A stretch of 64,000 nucleotides of DNA from an uncultured virus (IMG/VR IMGVR_UViG_3300025945_000001) (lineage: Duplodnaviria > Heunggongvirae > Uroviricota > Caudoviricetes), in the IMG/VR virus record IMGVR_UViG_3300025945_000001, one strand, 5' to 3'. Both the position numbers and the translations under genes were made by a program. The notes under the pieces were generated by a model. It was given only the letters and a program-made list of their open reading frames with translations, was not told the DNA's origin and ran no database searches. Position 1 is the stretch's first letter. Each line of letters begins with the position of its first letter. Below are positions 26,377 through 35,810 of the stretch, in pieces.

Positions 26377-27218
26377 CGAGTGACCTCGCGCCCCCGTCGC
26401 CGGTTCCCCTCTCGGCGACGTTCGAGACCAACCAGCGGCTCTCGATCCTGATTCACGCCGGCTCGAAGGTGGGCAAGTCGACGACGTCGGCGACCGCGCC
26501 GAAGCCGATCCTGGTGTTGGACGCGGAGGGCAGTTGGCGCTTCATTCCCCTGCGGCAGGTGCCGTGGGATCCCACCACCGGGCCGCCGCCCGCGTACGAC
26601 GGCTCGTGGGACGCCTGCGTGGTCACCATCAACCAGTGGGAGACGGTGAAGCAGGTCTACGACTGGGTCGCGCAGTACCAGACGCCGTTCACGTCGATCG
26701 TGATCGACTCGATCACCGAGATTCAGCGGCGGTGCAAGTCGAAGCTCGTCGGCGACGAGGCCATGAAGATCGCCGACTGGGGCATCCTGCTGGCGCGCAT
26801 GGACAGCGTCATTCGAGGCTTCCGCGACCTGGCGCTCAACCCCTACCTCTCGGTGCGCTGCGTCGTCTTCATCGCCGAGACGCGGCAGTCGCAGGCGGGC
26901 AAGTGGGTGCCGTACATGCAGGGGCAGATCTCGGTGTCGCTGCCGTACTGGGTCGACATCTGCGGGTACCTCTACCCCGACTGGGAGGTCGACGGCAACG
27001 GCCAACCGACCCGTGAGATCCGCCGACTGTGGATCACACCGAGCCAGCAGTTCGAGGCCGGCGAGCGCGTCCAGGGACGCCTCGGCGGTGCGCTGACCCT
27101 CACGAAGGCACCGGTCAACACCGTCGGCACCGACATTGAGGACTGGATGAAGATCGTGTTTGGAGTCCCCGCGACGCCTGTTACGGTCGCCGATACCACG
27201 ATGGAAGGAACGAAGTAA
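26373..27218 (+). CDS. AAA_24/Sak4-like ATPase (recombinase)
   Basis: HAGSKVGKST Walker A, LVLDAEG, IVIDSITE; adjacent to the exonuclease and SSB genes. Confidence 0.85.
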   Translation: MTSDLAPPSPVPLSATFETNQRLSILIHAGSKVGKSTTSATAPKPILVLDAEGSWRFIPLRQVPWDPTTGPPPAYDGSWDACVVTINQWETVKQVYDWVAQYQTPFTSIVIDSITEIQRRCKSKLVGDEAMKIADWGILLARMDSVIRGFRDLALNPYLSVRCVVFIAETRQSQAGKWVPYMQGQISVSLPYWVDICGYLYPDWEVDGNGQPTREIRRLWITPSQQFEAGERVQGRLGGALTLTKAPVNTVGTDIEDWMKIVFGVPATPVTVADTTMEGTK

Positions 27219-28097
27219 ATGACCACAGTTGACTTCGGCAAGGCGCTGCGCGACGCGAAGACCGCGTCCTACGAGGCGCTGCCGATCGGCGACTACGACG
27301 TGGAGGTGGCCGTCTCGGACTCCATCCGCGCGTCCACCGGCAAGCCCATGATCAAGGTGCAGTTGAAGGTGCTTACCGGCCCCTACCAGGGGAGGCAGGT
27401 GTTCAACAACTTCGTGTTCTCGGCCGAGAGCCCGCAGGCGATGGCGATGTTCTTCCGACACATGCGGGCGTTCGGCCTGACCGAGGAGTTCTTCGCCTCG
27501 CTGGGTTCGAACGGCAGCATGGACGCCGTGGCCACCGCGCTACTCAACCGACGGGCGAAGATCACCCTGGGCCAGCGCGAGTGGCAGGGTGAGACGCGCA
27601 ACGAGGTCAAGGGCGTCAAGCCGTACACGGGCGCGCCGGGTGCGCCGGTCGCCGGTCCGGTCGGTCCGCAGCCGACCCCGCCGCCGATGATGGCCCCGCC
27701 CGTCGCGCCTCCGGCGTCGCCGCAGCCGGCACCGATGCCGGCTCCCGTGGCTGCGCAGCCAGCCGCGCCCGCGCAGCCGGCGAGTCCGCCGCAGCCGAGC
27801 CCGGTGGCGCAGCCGCAGTACGTCGAGCCGCAGCAGCCGATCGCGCCCCCGCAGCCGGCCTACGAGGTGCCGGCGTACGTGCCTCCGCCGCCGGCCACGG
27901 CCGACGCCGGTCCGACGCCGCCGGCGGTCGCCGGTCCGGTGATCGAGGCCGCTCCGTTCGACGGCACGACGGGGCCGCTCGCGGTCCCTACCGACGCGGC
28001 GCCGTCGGTCGGCGCCGCCGAGTCGTCGTCGCCCGCGCCAACCCAGCCTACCTATGAGCCTCCGATTCCCCCGGGTGCTCCCGAGCTGCCCATCTGA
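27219..28097 (+). CDS. DUF669 ssDNA-binding protein with long Pro/Ala tail
   Basis: YEALP.GDYDV.V...STGKPMI...GPYQGR.VF...EWQGE.RNEVK. Confidence 0.85.
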   Translation: MTTVDFGKALRDAKTASYEALPIGDYDVEVAVSDSIRASTGKPMIKVQLKVLTGPYQGRQVFNNFVFSAESPQAMAMFFRHMRAFGLTEEFFASLGSNGSMDAVATALLNRRAKITLGQREWQGETRNEVKGVKPYTGAPGAPVAGPVGPQPTPPPMMAPPVAPPASPQPAPMPAPVAAQPAAPAQPASPPQPSPVAQPQYVEPQQPIAPPQPAYEVPAYVPPPPATADAGPTPPAVAGPVIEAAPFDGTTGPLAVPTDAAPSVGAAESSSPAPTQPTYEPPIPPGAPELPI

Positions 28098-28107
28098 TCA
28101 ACTCACT

Positions 28108-28138
28108 CGTGGTGGACCTCCTCGTGAGGTCCACCACG
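28108..28138 (+). terminator. Perfect 13-bp hairpin between the SSB and glycosyltransferase genes
   Basis: CGTGGTGGACCTC-ctcgt-GAGGTCCACCACG; poor U-tract, so may be a processing/attenuation site. Confidence 0.55.
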
Positions 28139-28157
28139 CGTCTAAGAAGGACAACCC

Positions 28158-29528
28158 GTGCGGATAGGCTACTGCAAGCTAGGACGTTCGATGCCCCTCG
28201 CGCAGCGGCGCTGGGGCGTCGTCGGCGGCGACGACGAGCCGCCGCTGCTGCTGCGGACTCTCGCCGAGCGTCACCCCGAGCACGAGTTCGTGATCGTCGG
28301 TAAGAACTCCGGCGACGACGTCACCGACGCGGGTCTGCCGCCGAACGTCACGAATCCCTGGCGCACCCTGGCCGGGGAGGTGCGGCGCGCGGTCGGTGGG
28401 CGCGACCAGCCGATCCGGATCACCGGCGACGACCTGAAGCACGTTCTTCAGGTGTACGACGACCTCGTCATTCCGCTGTTTCGCGACCTCGATGGGTTGA
28501 TCGTCTGGGCCGGCCAGCACGGCACCAGCAACTCGCCACTGCCACGCATCGGCACGACCTACGAGGAGGACCTGTGGACGCAGCCTCAGAAGTCGTTCAC
28601 GCTGTACGTCTCGTACGTCGTGCGCGGCATCAACGCGTTCCGCGAGCGCGATCCCCTCAAGTACGAGGAGATCTGGCTCGTTCCGGACCCGCGTAACTAC
28701 CCGAAGCCTCGCGACCTCAAGTGGCCGCAGCGGCTGCCCATCCTCGCGCAGTACGACTTCACCAAGAACGAGAAGTACGAGCGGTACCACGACTGGCGCA
28801 CGCCCGAGGAGTGCGGCTTCGACGCGCGGGTCGACGAGTCCGGTCACGTGTGGCTCGCCACGCAACGGTACGTGTACTCGGGTCTGGAGCTGTGCGGCGT
28901 CATGCCGAGCTACATCGGCGCCGAGCAGCCTCCGGTCTACGACTGGGGTAACCGCAGGCACTTCGGTCTGTTCATCAACGAGGCGCGCGCGTACGTCGCC
29001 AAGAACCGACTCGACGCGGTGCGCGACTACGTCCTGCCACTCGAACCGGCGTTCATGCACGGCAAGTGGTCCAAGGAGTCACACGCGGTGCTCCACGCGG
29101 CCGGCTACGACGTGCAACCGGCGCCTCACGAGCACTACTACCCGCTGCTGCGCTCGGTGCGCACCACGTTCACGACGCCCAGCTCGGGTTCCGGCTGGGC
29201 GACCACCAAGCCCTGGCAGGCGTTCGCGCACGGCACCGTGTGCTTCTTTCACCCCGAGTACGACACGCAGGGTCACATCATTCCGACGCTGGCGCAGGCG
29301 AACAGCGACGCGTACTGGGCGGCCGCGGGACCGAACGAGAATCTGCGGCAGCTCGCCCGGTGGCTGCGCGTGCGCGACCCCGGCGAGCTTCAGAAGCGCG
29401 TGGATCACCTCAGCGACAACTACGAGGCGTGGTGTTGGCTCGTTAAGCAGCAGCGCGCGCTGTACGACCGCGCGGTCGTCGACCCCCTCCACGTCACCAT
29501 GATCGAACGAAGGCTAGGACTCGCGTGA
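28158..29528 (+). CDS. GT-B-fold glycosyltransferase, probable DNA-modifying
   Basis: N-terminal GYCKLGRS...GGDDE; C-terminal HGKW...YY.LL...RTTFTTP..GSGWATTKPWQAFA.GTVCFFHP.YD.Q resembles phage DNA glycosyltransferases; replication-operon context. Confidence 0.7.
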   Translation: MRIGYCKLGRSMPLAQRRWGVVGGDDEPPLLLRTLAERHPEHEFVIVGKNSGDDVTDAGLPPNVTNPWRTLAGEVRRAVGGRDQPIRITGDDLKHVLQVYDDLVIPLFRDLDGLIVWAGQHGTSNSPLPRIGTTYEEDLWTQPQKSFTLYVSYVVRGINAFRERDPLKYEEIWLVPDPRNYPKPRDLKWPQRLPILAQYDFTKNEKYERYHDWRTPEECGFDARVDESGHVWLATQRYVYSGLELCGVMPSYIGAEQPPVYDWGNRRHFGLFINEARAYVAKNRLDAVRDYVLPLEPAFMHGKWSKESHAVLHAAGYDVQPAPHEHYYPLLRSVRTTFTTPSSGSGWATTKPWQAFAHGTVCFFHPEYDTQGHIIPTLAQANSDAYWAAAGPNENLRQLARWLRVRDPGELQKRVDHLSDNYEAWCWLVKQQRALYDRAVVDPLHVTMIERRLGLA

Positions 29529-30607
29529 CCAACATCGCACTTATTACCACGACCATCAACGTACCGATCGTCCTGCGGGAGTACGTGAATCACGTGCCCT
29601 CGGGTTGCCACCTCGACGTGGTCGTGGCCGGTGACAGTCGCACTCCGCCGGCGGCGCGCGACCTCGTCGAGGACCTCGGTGGTACGTACCTCGGGATCGA
29701 CGGCGACGAGGTCGAACGCTGGCGCACACACCGCGCGGTGGGCCTGCACACCATCCAGCGGCGCAACCTCGCGCTGCTACACGCACTGACCCTCGGCCCT
29801 GACGTCGTTGTCACCGTCGACGACGACAACGAACCTCAGGATCACACGACCTACTTCGTTGACGTCCTAGGTCGACTGGCGAGTCCAGTGACGCAGGTGG
29901 TTCGCTCGTCCACGGGTTGGTTCAACCCCGGCTACCTGTTGACACCACCCGTGGTGCACCGAGGCTTTCCCCTCGACCAGCGTCACACGTCGCCGAACTA
30001 CGCGACATACGCAGCCAGCACCACGAACCACGGTGGGCGGTCACCACGCGTGGGCGTGGTGGCGGGACTGACTCTTGGCGATCCCGACGTCGACGCGATC
30101 GAGCGGATCGTGAAGCAGCCGCACGTCGAGGAGCTCCGCGACGAGGTGACGCTCGACGTCGGCACCTGGGCACCGTTCAACACGCAGAACACCGCGTACG
30201 TCTGGGAGCTCGCGCCGCTGATGCAGTGCCTGTACGCGGTGGGTCGCTACGACGACATCTGGATGAGCTACGTCGCGCGCTCGATCATGGATGACCTAGG
30301 GTGGTACGTCACCTACGGTCGACCACTGACGGTGTCCGTGCGCAACCAGCACGACCTGGTCACCGATCTCGAGCGGGAAGTGTACGGTTACCGTAACACA
30401 CCAATGCTCATTAAACGGCTCCGCGACGTCAGCGCCCTGTTGTCTGATAAGAACGTGACGCCGCTCGATCACCTCGCCGACGCGTACGCGCAGTGTGAAA
30501 CGTACCTCAAGTACCTCACACATCGTGCCAACACCGCGTGGCTGCGCGACGCGCGCGAGGCGATCGACGAGGGTGAACTTCGACGGAAGGAACGCAACGA
30601 TGACTAG
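29525..30607 (+). CDS. RGP(GT75)/STELLO(DUF288)-like GT-A protein; possible nucleotide-sugar mutase
   Basis: ITTTIN, VVAGD..TP, RRN.A.L.A, TVDDDN, RGFPL, L..GDPDVDAI, PFNTQNT, GRYDDIW, RN.HDL..DL..EV. Confidence 0.8.
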   Translation: MTNIALITTTINVPIVLREYVNHVPSGCHLDVVVAGDSRTPPAARDLVEDLGGTYLGIDGDEVERWRTHRAVGLHTIQRRNLALLHALTLGPDVVVTVDDDNEPQDHTTYFVDVLGRLASPVTQVVRSSTGWFNPGYLLTPPVVHRGFPLDQRHTSPNYATYAASTTNHGGRSPRVGVVAGLTLGDPDVDAIERIVKQPHVEELRDEVTLDVGTWAPFNTQNTAYVWELAPLMQCLYAVGRYDDIWMSYVARSIMDDLGWYVTYGRPLTVSVRNQHDLVTDLEREVYGYRNTPMLIKRLRDVSALLSDKNVTPLDHLADAYAQCETYLKYLTHRANTAWLRDAREAIDEGELRRKERNDD

Positions 30608-31616
30608 GAACGTACTGGTAACCGGCGCGGGTGGCTTCATTGGCGGGCACCTCGTAGGCCGATTGATCGACGAGGGTTGCGACGTGACGGCGGCCGACGT
30701 CAAGCCCCGCAGCGAGTGGCACCAGCGGCACGTCGGGGCACTGACGTTCGACCACCTCAACTGCGCGAACCTCGACCAGCTCGGCATCGTGCACTCGGCG
30801 AGCGGCCCCTTCGACGAGGTCTACAACCTCGCCGCGGACATGGGTGGCATCGGCTTCATCGAGACGAATAAGGTCGCGTGTATGCTGTCGTCGCTCATCA
30901 CGACGAACGTGCTCGTCGCCGCCGCGGAGTACGAGTGGGGGCGGGTCTTCTACTCATCCTCGGCCTGCGTGTACCCCGCGCATCTCCAGCGTGAGTCGAA
31001 CGTCGCCGCCCTACGCGAGCAGGACGCGTACCCAGCCGACCCCGAGGACGGCTACGGGTGGGAGAAGTTGTTCGGCGAGCGGATGCACCGACACTTCACC
31101 GAGGACCTCGGCGTGGAGACGCGCGTCGCGCGGTACCACAACGTGTACGGCCCGCACGGTGTGTGGACCGGTGGCCGCGAGAAGGCACCCGCCGCACTGA
31201 GCCGCAAGGTCGCCGAGGCGGTGCTGTCTGGTGACCTGACGATCGACGTCTGGGGTGACGGCGAGCAGACGCGGTCGTTCACCCACGTCGACGACGCGGT
31301 GACCGGTACGCTCAAGATCATGCGTTCGGACGTGCGTGAACCACTGAACGTCGGGTCGAACGAGCTGGTTACGATCAACCAGGTGATCAGCCTCCTGGAG
31401 AAGTTCGCCGGCGTCACACTTCAGCGGGCGTACCAACCCGACGCGCCGAAGGGTGTGCGTGGACGTAACTCTGACAACACGCTGATCCGCAAGTACCTCG
31501 ACTGGGAGCCCACTGTGACCCTCGCGGACGGCCTACCGAGCAACTACGAGTGGGTCTACGGCGAGGTGCTGCGCGCCGGTGGCTGGCCCACGAGTGAGGA
31601 GTCCACCCATGAGTGA
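30600..31616 (+). CDS. GDP-mannose 3,5-epimerase-like extended SDR
   Basis: TGAGGFIG, YNLAADMGGIGFI, YSSSACVYP, DAYPADPEDGYGWEK, GGREKAPAA, WGDGEQTRSF, GVRGRNSDN. Confidence 0.9.
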   Translation: MTRNVLVTGAGGFIGGHLVGRLIDEGCDVTAADVKPRSEWHQRHVGALTFDHLNCANLDQLGIVHSASGPFDEVYNLAADMGGIGFIETNKVACMLSSLITTNVLVAAAEYEWGRVFYSSSACVYPAHLQRESNVAALREQDAYPADPEDGYGWEKLFGERMHRHFTEDLGVETRVARYHNVYGPHGVWTGGREKAPAALSRKVAEAVLSGDLTIDVWGDGEQTRSFTHVDDAVTGTLKIMRSDVREPLNVGSNELVTINQVISLLEKFAGVTLQRAYQPDAPKGVRGRNSDNTLIRKYLDWEPTVTLADGLPSNYEWVYGEVLRAGGWPTSEESTHE

Positions 31617-32091
31617 CTGGCGCTGGTTGGAGTCAACCCGTGAGCTTCAGGAGGAGGCCTACGGCAAGACGTTCCACGGTCACGTTGATCCCGATGAGTT
31701 CGCGGACGCGATCGTCATGAATCACTCCGCGCTGGTCGTCGAGCTGGGTGAGTTCATGAACGAGGTGGGTTGGAAGGACTGGTCCACGCCACGAGGCTGG
31801 GTTAACCGGGATGCCGCCGTGGGTGAGCTCGTCGACGTCGCGCACTTCCTCGCGAACCTCCTGGTTCGACTCAACGTCACCGACGACGAGTGGGAGCAGC
31901 GGTACCAGGCTAAGCAGGACGTCAACCGCAACCGGCAACGGTCGGGCTACGACACCCGCGTTCACAAGTGTCCGAGTTGCGGTCGGGCGTACGACGATCC
32001 CGGCGTCGAGTGCGAACCCTTGACCGAGTCGTCGTCTGCGGCGAAGGCGTGGTGCGCGCGCGACGACGTCTACATCATGGAGACGACGTGA
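31609..32091 (+). CDS. MazG/dimeric dUTPase-like dNTP pyrophosphatase with C-terminal Zn ribbon
   Basis: ELGEFMNEVGWKDW...ELVDVAHF...Y..KQ.VN..RQ..GY; CPSC. Confidence 0.85.
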   Translation: MSDWRWLESTRELQEEAYGKTFHGHVDPDEFADAIVMNHSALVVELGEFMNEVGWKDWSTPRGWVNRDAAVGELVDVAHFLANLLVRLNVTDDEWEQRYQAKQDVNRNRQRSGYDTRVHKCPSCGRAYDDPGVECEPLTESSSAAKAWCARDDVYIMETT

Positions 32092-32274
32092 ACGCGGTCT
32101 GCCTCTGCGACGGTCGCTACGCCGGCTGCGATCACGAGCTTCCCTGTCACAACGAGCCGGGTACGCCGTGGGGGCCGCACTTCTGCGCCGAGTGTGACCC
32201 TCGGCGACTCGATCACATCTCGAGGAACCTCGAGGAGATGCAACGCTCGTTCACGCGGCAGCCTGAGGAGTAAC

Positions 32275-33462
32275 GTGTACCGGTTCGTGGCCTGCCAGAG
32301 CTTCGCAGGCGGGTTCGACCTCGGCGTCGTGCAGGCCGGCTTCGAGCTCGTCCACAAGGTCGAGCAGACCGGTGGCTTTGGTATGGCAAACTGCCTCGCC
32401 AACCGGCACCTGCTAGGCGATGACTGGACGGCGCAGGCCGGCGACTACCAGGAGTGGTACGCGCCTCCGGACGTCGACTTCATTGCAGCCAACCCGCCCT
32501 GTTCGGGATTTAGTGCCATGACCGACAGGCGTCACCGTGGGATCGACGCGCGGGTCAACGCCTGCATGTGGGTGCTCGGCGAGTACGCCGCGCGCATCAA
32601 GCCCACCATCATGGTGATGGAGTCGGTGCGCGCGGCGTACTCGACCGGACGCCCACTCATGACCGACCTACGCGAGAACCTCGAGCGTCGCAGCGGTCTC
32701 AAGTACGACCTGTACCACGTCTTCCAGGACGCGCTCGAGCTAGGTGGCGCCGCGCGACGCCCGAGGTACTTCTGGGTGGCGTCGCGCGTGCCGTTCGGCG
32801 TCGAGTACCCGAGCGTCCGAACGCCGGTGCTGCGTGAGATCTGGGACGACCTGCGGGGGCACGCGGTGACGTGGCAGCGCCAGCCGTACCGCCGACCGCC
32901 GACGTGGTGGTCCGAGCGCGAGCGCTGCCGCGCCGAGGCGACGTTCGACGGCCACGCGACGCACGGCGGCATCCCGAACGAGCGCGCCATGGATCTACTG
33001 GAGCTGGCCAACCAGGACGGCGGGTGGCCCGCCGGCTGGCCGATCGGTCGCATGGCGAAGCACTGCTACGAGACGTTCGGCTATCTCCCACCGTCGTGGG
33101 ACGGCATGAAGGAGCGCCTCATCGCCAAGGACTTCCACATGGGGTTCACGACGTTGATCCGCTGGGATCCAGAGCGCCCGGCGCGCGTCATCACCGGGGC
33201 CGCGCTGGACATGGTGCTGCACCCCTACGAGTCGCGCACGATCACTCACCGCGAGGCGGCTCGCGTGATGGGCTTCCCCGACGACTGGCGGATCCTACCG
33301 CTGCGCGGGGTCAGCAACCTCCGCGCCACGTGGGGCAAGGGCATCACCGTCCAGTGTGGTAAGTGGATCGGCGAGCAGGTGAAGAACGCGCTGGACGGGA
33401 ACCCCGGCTCGGTCACCGGCGTGCCGGACGGCGACCGTGAGTGGTTCATCAGGCAACGCTAG
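32275..33462 (+). CDS. Divergent C5-cytosine DNA methyltransferase
   Basis: SFAGGFDLG (motif I), NPPCSGFS (IV), MESV (VI variant), RRPRYFWVA (VIII), THREAARVMGFPDDW (IX), WGKGI (X variant). Confidence 0.85.
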   Translation: MYRFVACQSFAGGFDLGVVQAGFELVHKVEQTGGFGMANCLANRHLLGDDWTAQAGDYQEWYAPPDVDFIAANPPCSGFSAMTDRRHRGIDARVNACMWVLGEYAARIKPTIMVMESVRAAYSTGRPLMTDLRENLERRSGLKYDLYHVFQDALELGGAARRPRYFWVASRVPFGVEYPSVRTPVLREIWDDLRGHAVTWQRQPYRRPPTWWSERERCRAEATFDGHATHGGIPNERAMDLLELANQDGGWPAGWPIGRMAKHCYETFGYLPPSWDGMKERLIAKDFHMGFTTLIRWDPERPARVITGAALDMVLHPYESRTITHREAARVMGFPDDWRILPLRGVSNLRATWGKGITVQCGKWIGEQVKNALDGNPGSVTGVPDGDREWFIRQR

Positions 33463-33522
33463 TCACTCCCTGCGTGTGAACCTGGTACGGTAGATTATCT
33501 CAATCATCGAAGGAGTAACCGT

Positions 33523-33810
33523 ATGACCGAGCCCATCTTCGAGGCCCCCACCGAGGCTCCCGTCGAGGCTCCGGCTTCCACGAACCGCCGGGGTCGACCG
33601 CGCTCGCAGGAGACGCTGGCGCGCGACGAGGCGGTCGTCGAGGCACTGCGCGCCGGCGGGCCGAAGACCCGCGAGCAGCTCGCCGAGGAGTTGAACACAC
33701 CGAAGAGTCTCGTGTACCTCGCGCTGTGGCGTCTCTCGCACGTCGACCCGCCGCGCGTCGAGAAGGTCGCCGACACCGGTCTTCAGCACGCCTGGCGGCT
33801 GGTCGACTAG
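33523..33810 (+). CDS. Small DNA-binding protein (AT-hook plus wHTH)
   Basis: AAGGAG RBS; RRGRPR; KTREQLAEELNTPKSLVYLALWRL. Confidence 0.75.
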   Translation: MTEPIFEAPTEAPVEAPASTNRRGRPRSQETLARDEAVVEALRAGGPKTREQLAEELNTPKSLVYLALWRLSHVDPPRVEKVADTGLQHAWRLVD

Positions 33811-33830
33811 ACGTCGCGCGTACGCGCACG

Positions 33831-33860
33831 CGAGCCCCGCCGTTCACGCGGCGGGGCTCG
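33831..33860 (+). terminator. Likely intrinsic terminator of the replication/modification operon
   Basis: 12-bp stem CGAGCCCCGCCG-ttcacg-CGGCGGGGCTCG just after the stop codon and before a new promoter. Confidence 0.7.
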
Positions 33861-33874
33861 TCTGTAACTCCTCG

Positions 33875-33913
33875 AAACTCGTGGTTGACAGCCGACGTCG
33901 TCTATGATAAATT
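33875..33913 (+). promoter_or_regulatory. sigma70/HrdB-type promoter
   Basis: AAACTCGTgg-TTGACA-17 bp (ending TGA)-TAAATT. Confidence 0.8.
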
Positions 33914-33951
33914 GATACCAACGTGAACGACCGGAACGCAGGAGGGCTTGG

Positions 33952-34527
33952 ATGACGAGCACGCTGGACACGACGACGCTAGGTCCGCTCGACGCCGCGC
34001 TGGCGCACGGCGTCACCGAGAGGCAGTTCAACTACCTCACCCGCCTGGTTCGTGAGCGTCGGTGCGACTACTGGCCTGAGAACGCCGACGAGCGCGTCGA
34101 GAGGCTGCACCGGCTCTTCCAGACCGGTGAGCTCACGCGCGCCACCGTCTCGCGCGAGATCGACTACTGGCAGAGTCGCCCGCAGCCACGCGAGGTTCAC
34201 TCGGAGCTGACTCCCGGCGTGTACGAGCTGAACGGTCAGGTCTACGTCGTGAAGCCCAACCGCGCGAAGACCCGACTGTACGCCAAGAAGCTCGTCGAGC
34301 TGAACACCGCGCGTCGGGTGAACGGAGCCGACGACGTCGTAGCGTTCGACTACGAGTACGCGCCCGGCGCGATCTACGACATCCGCCCCGAACACCGGAT
34401 GACCAAGGAGCGGGCCGTCGAGCTTGGGATCCGGTACGGCCGGTGCATGAACTGCAACCGACCGCTCAAGGCTGCGAAGTCCGTCCTCGCTGGGTACGGC
34501 CCGGTCTGCGTGAAGGCGTTCGTGTGA
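33952..34527 (+). CDS. Hypothetical protein with C-terminal DUF6011-like Zn finger
   Basis: AGGAGG RBS; TERQFNY; G.Y...G..Y.V; G.RYGRCMNCNRPL...SV..GYGPVC. Confidence 0.75.
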   Translation: MTSTLDTTTLGPLDAALAHGVTERQFNYLTRLVRERRCDYWPENADERVERLHRLFQTGELTRATVSREIDYWQSRPQPREVHSELTPGVYELNGQVYVVKPNRAKTRLYAKKLVELNTARRVNGADDVVAFDYEYAPGAIYDIRPEHRMTKERAVELGIRYGRCMNCNRPLKAAKSVLAGYGPVCVKAFV

Positions 34528-34832
34528 TGCGCCCCGCACACCCAGTGCCGTACACCGCCAAGCTGCGCGACGCGCTGCTGCTCACCCTTCTCGATGAGAT
34601 CATGGCAATGCAGTGCAGCCCACTCTACGCGTTTGAGCACGTCAGAGCTATCACGCAAACGCCACTCGGCACGAACGTCAACGTTGACGTCGCCGAGGAC
34701 GACGACTCGGTCGGAGCAGACCTCCACACGGACGTCGCCGACCTGAGTGACGCCGTCGACGACGGCCGCGACGTCGAGCGAGTAGCCTTCCAGCTCGACT
34801 ACTTCGGGTTGTGGGTAAAGATCGATGGATAA
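34527..34832 (+). CDS. Hypothetical protein
   Basis: TGATG-coupled ORF. Confidence 0.45.
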   Translation: MRPAHPVPYTAKLRDALLLTLLDEIMAMQCSPLYAFEHVRAITQTPLGTNVNVDVAEDDDSVGADLHTDVADLSDAVDDGRDVERVAFQLDYFGLWVKIDG

Positions 34833-34868
34833 GAAGACTCAGCCTCTACCCCCACCAACTGTGAGGAG

Positions 34869-35342
34869 GTGAGTGGGGTGCCTGCGTCGGACATCGTACT
34901 GATCGTTATCTTCAGCGCATTGTTCATTGTGACCTTGAGCATCTTCTGGGCCAATGAACTGACCACCGCACTACGCGAGAGGCGGTCGCGACTGGAAGGT
35001 ACGTTCCAGGTCGACAACACGGACCGAGTTATGCGTCTCCGCGAAAAGATCGTGAGTATCGAACGTAAGATTAGGCTCTTGGAGCGACGCCAACGCACCC
35101 ACCGTCGTCTCAACTTCAACGCGGCTATGAAACTGCACTACGAACTCGACCACGAGAAGCGCAAGCTGCGCAAGCTCAACGACCGACTTACCCGACGTAC
35201 GCAGGCGCCGGCGATGGACGCCGACGTGCGCTTCTGGATCAACGTCCGTGATCACGGTCACGACGTCTTGGGCGATCACCCACTGCTGATCGAGGTCGCG
35301 CGGCAGATGACCGAGTACCTCGACGACCGAAGGAGCACGTGA
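34869..35342 (+). CDS. Membrane-anchored coiled-coil protein
   Basis: GAGGAGG RBS; N-terminal TM segment. Confidence 0.5.
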   Translation: MSGVPASDIVLIVIFSALFIVTLSIFWANELTTALRERRSRLEGTFQVDNTDRVMRLREKIVSIERKIRLLERRQRTHRRLNFNAAMKLHYELDHEKRKLRKLNDRLTRRTQAPAMDADVRFWINVRDHGHDVLGDHPLLIEVARQMTEYLDDRRST

Positions 35343-35432
35343 TGGGAACCCTGTACTTCGTTGTGGGCGTGGCGGTGTTTGTCACCTTAGTTCTCTGCGC
35401 GTTCAAGTCGTGAACGCGTAGTTAGGTTAGAG

Positions 35433-35801
35433 ATGGGAGAGAACGTGAAGATTAGTTCGTACGTACTCAACGACCTGCTTCGGGTCGGCGACGTGTCCGC
35501 CGACCAGGTCGAGCGTGGGCCGGATGGCGACGGCAACCCGATGCTCGCGATCAGGTTCGCCGACCTGCGCGAGCTCGCGGTCGCGTGCCTTAGGTTCGGC
35601 TCGTACATCCCGCCGGCCGTGCGCGACATCGTGAACGAGTCACTGGAGGTGCACCTCACCGACGGCGTCGTGAAGCTCGTCGCGCGGGGCGTCGAGGTTG
35701 ACGACGGCTTCGACTACGAGGACGCCGACGACAACGACGACGCCTCGGAGTCCGAGGACACCGAGGACGTCGAGCCCAAGCCCGCGATCACCGAGGTCTA
35801 G
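35433..35801 (+). CDS. Hypothetical acidic protein
   Basis: Coding-like ORF with an acidic tail. Confidence 0.5.
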   Translation: MGENVKISSYVLNDLLRVGDVSADQVERGPDGDGNPMLAIRFADLRELAVACLRFGSYIPPAVRDIVNESLEVHLTDGVVKLVARGVEVDDGFDYEDADDNDDASESEDTEDVEPKPAITEV

Positions 35802-35810
35802 GAGGACACC

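Noticed and set aside
27620..28090. Repeat element in the SSB 3' region
   Set aside because: Low-complexity Pro/Ala/Gln codons (CCG-CAG-CCG) of a disordered protein tail, not a DNA-level repeat.
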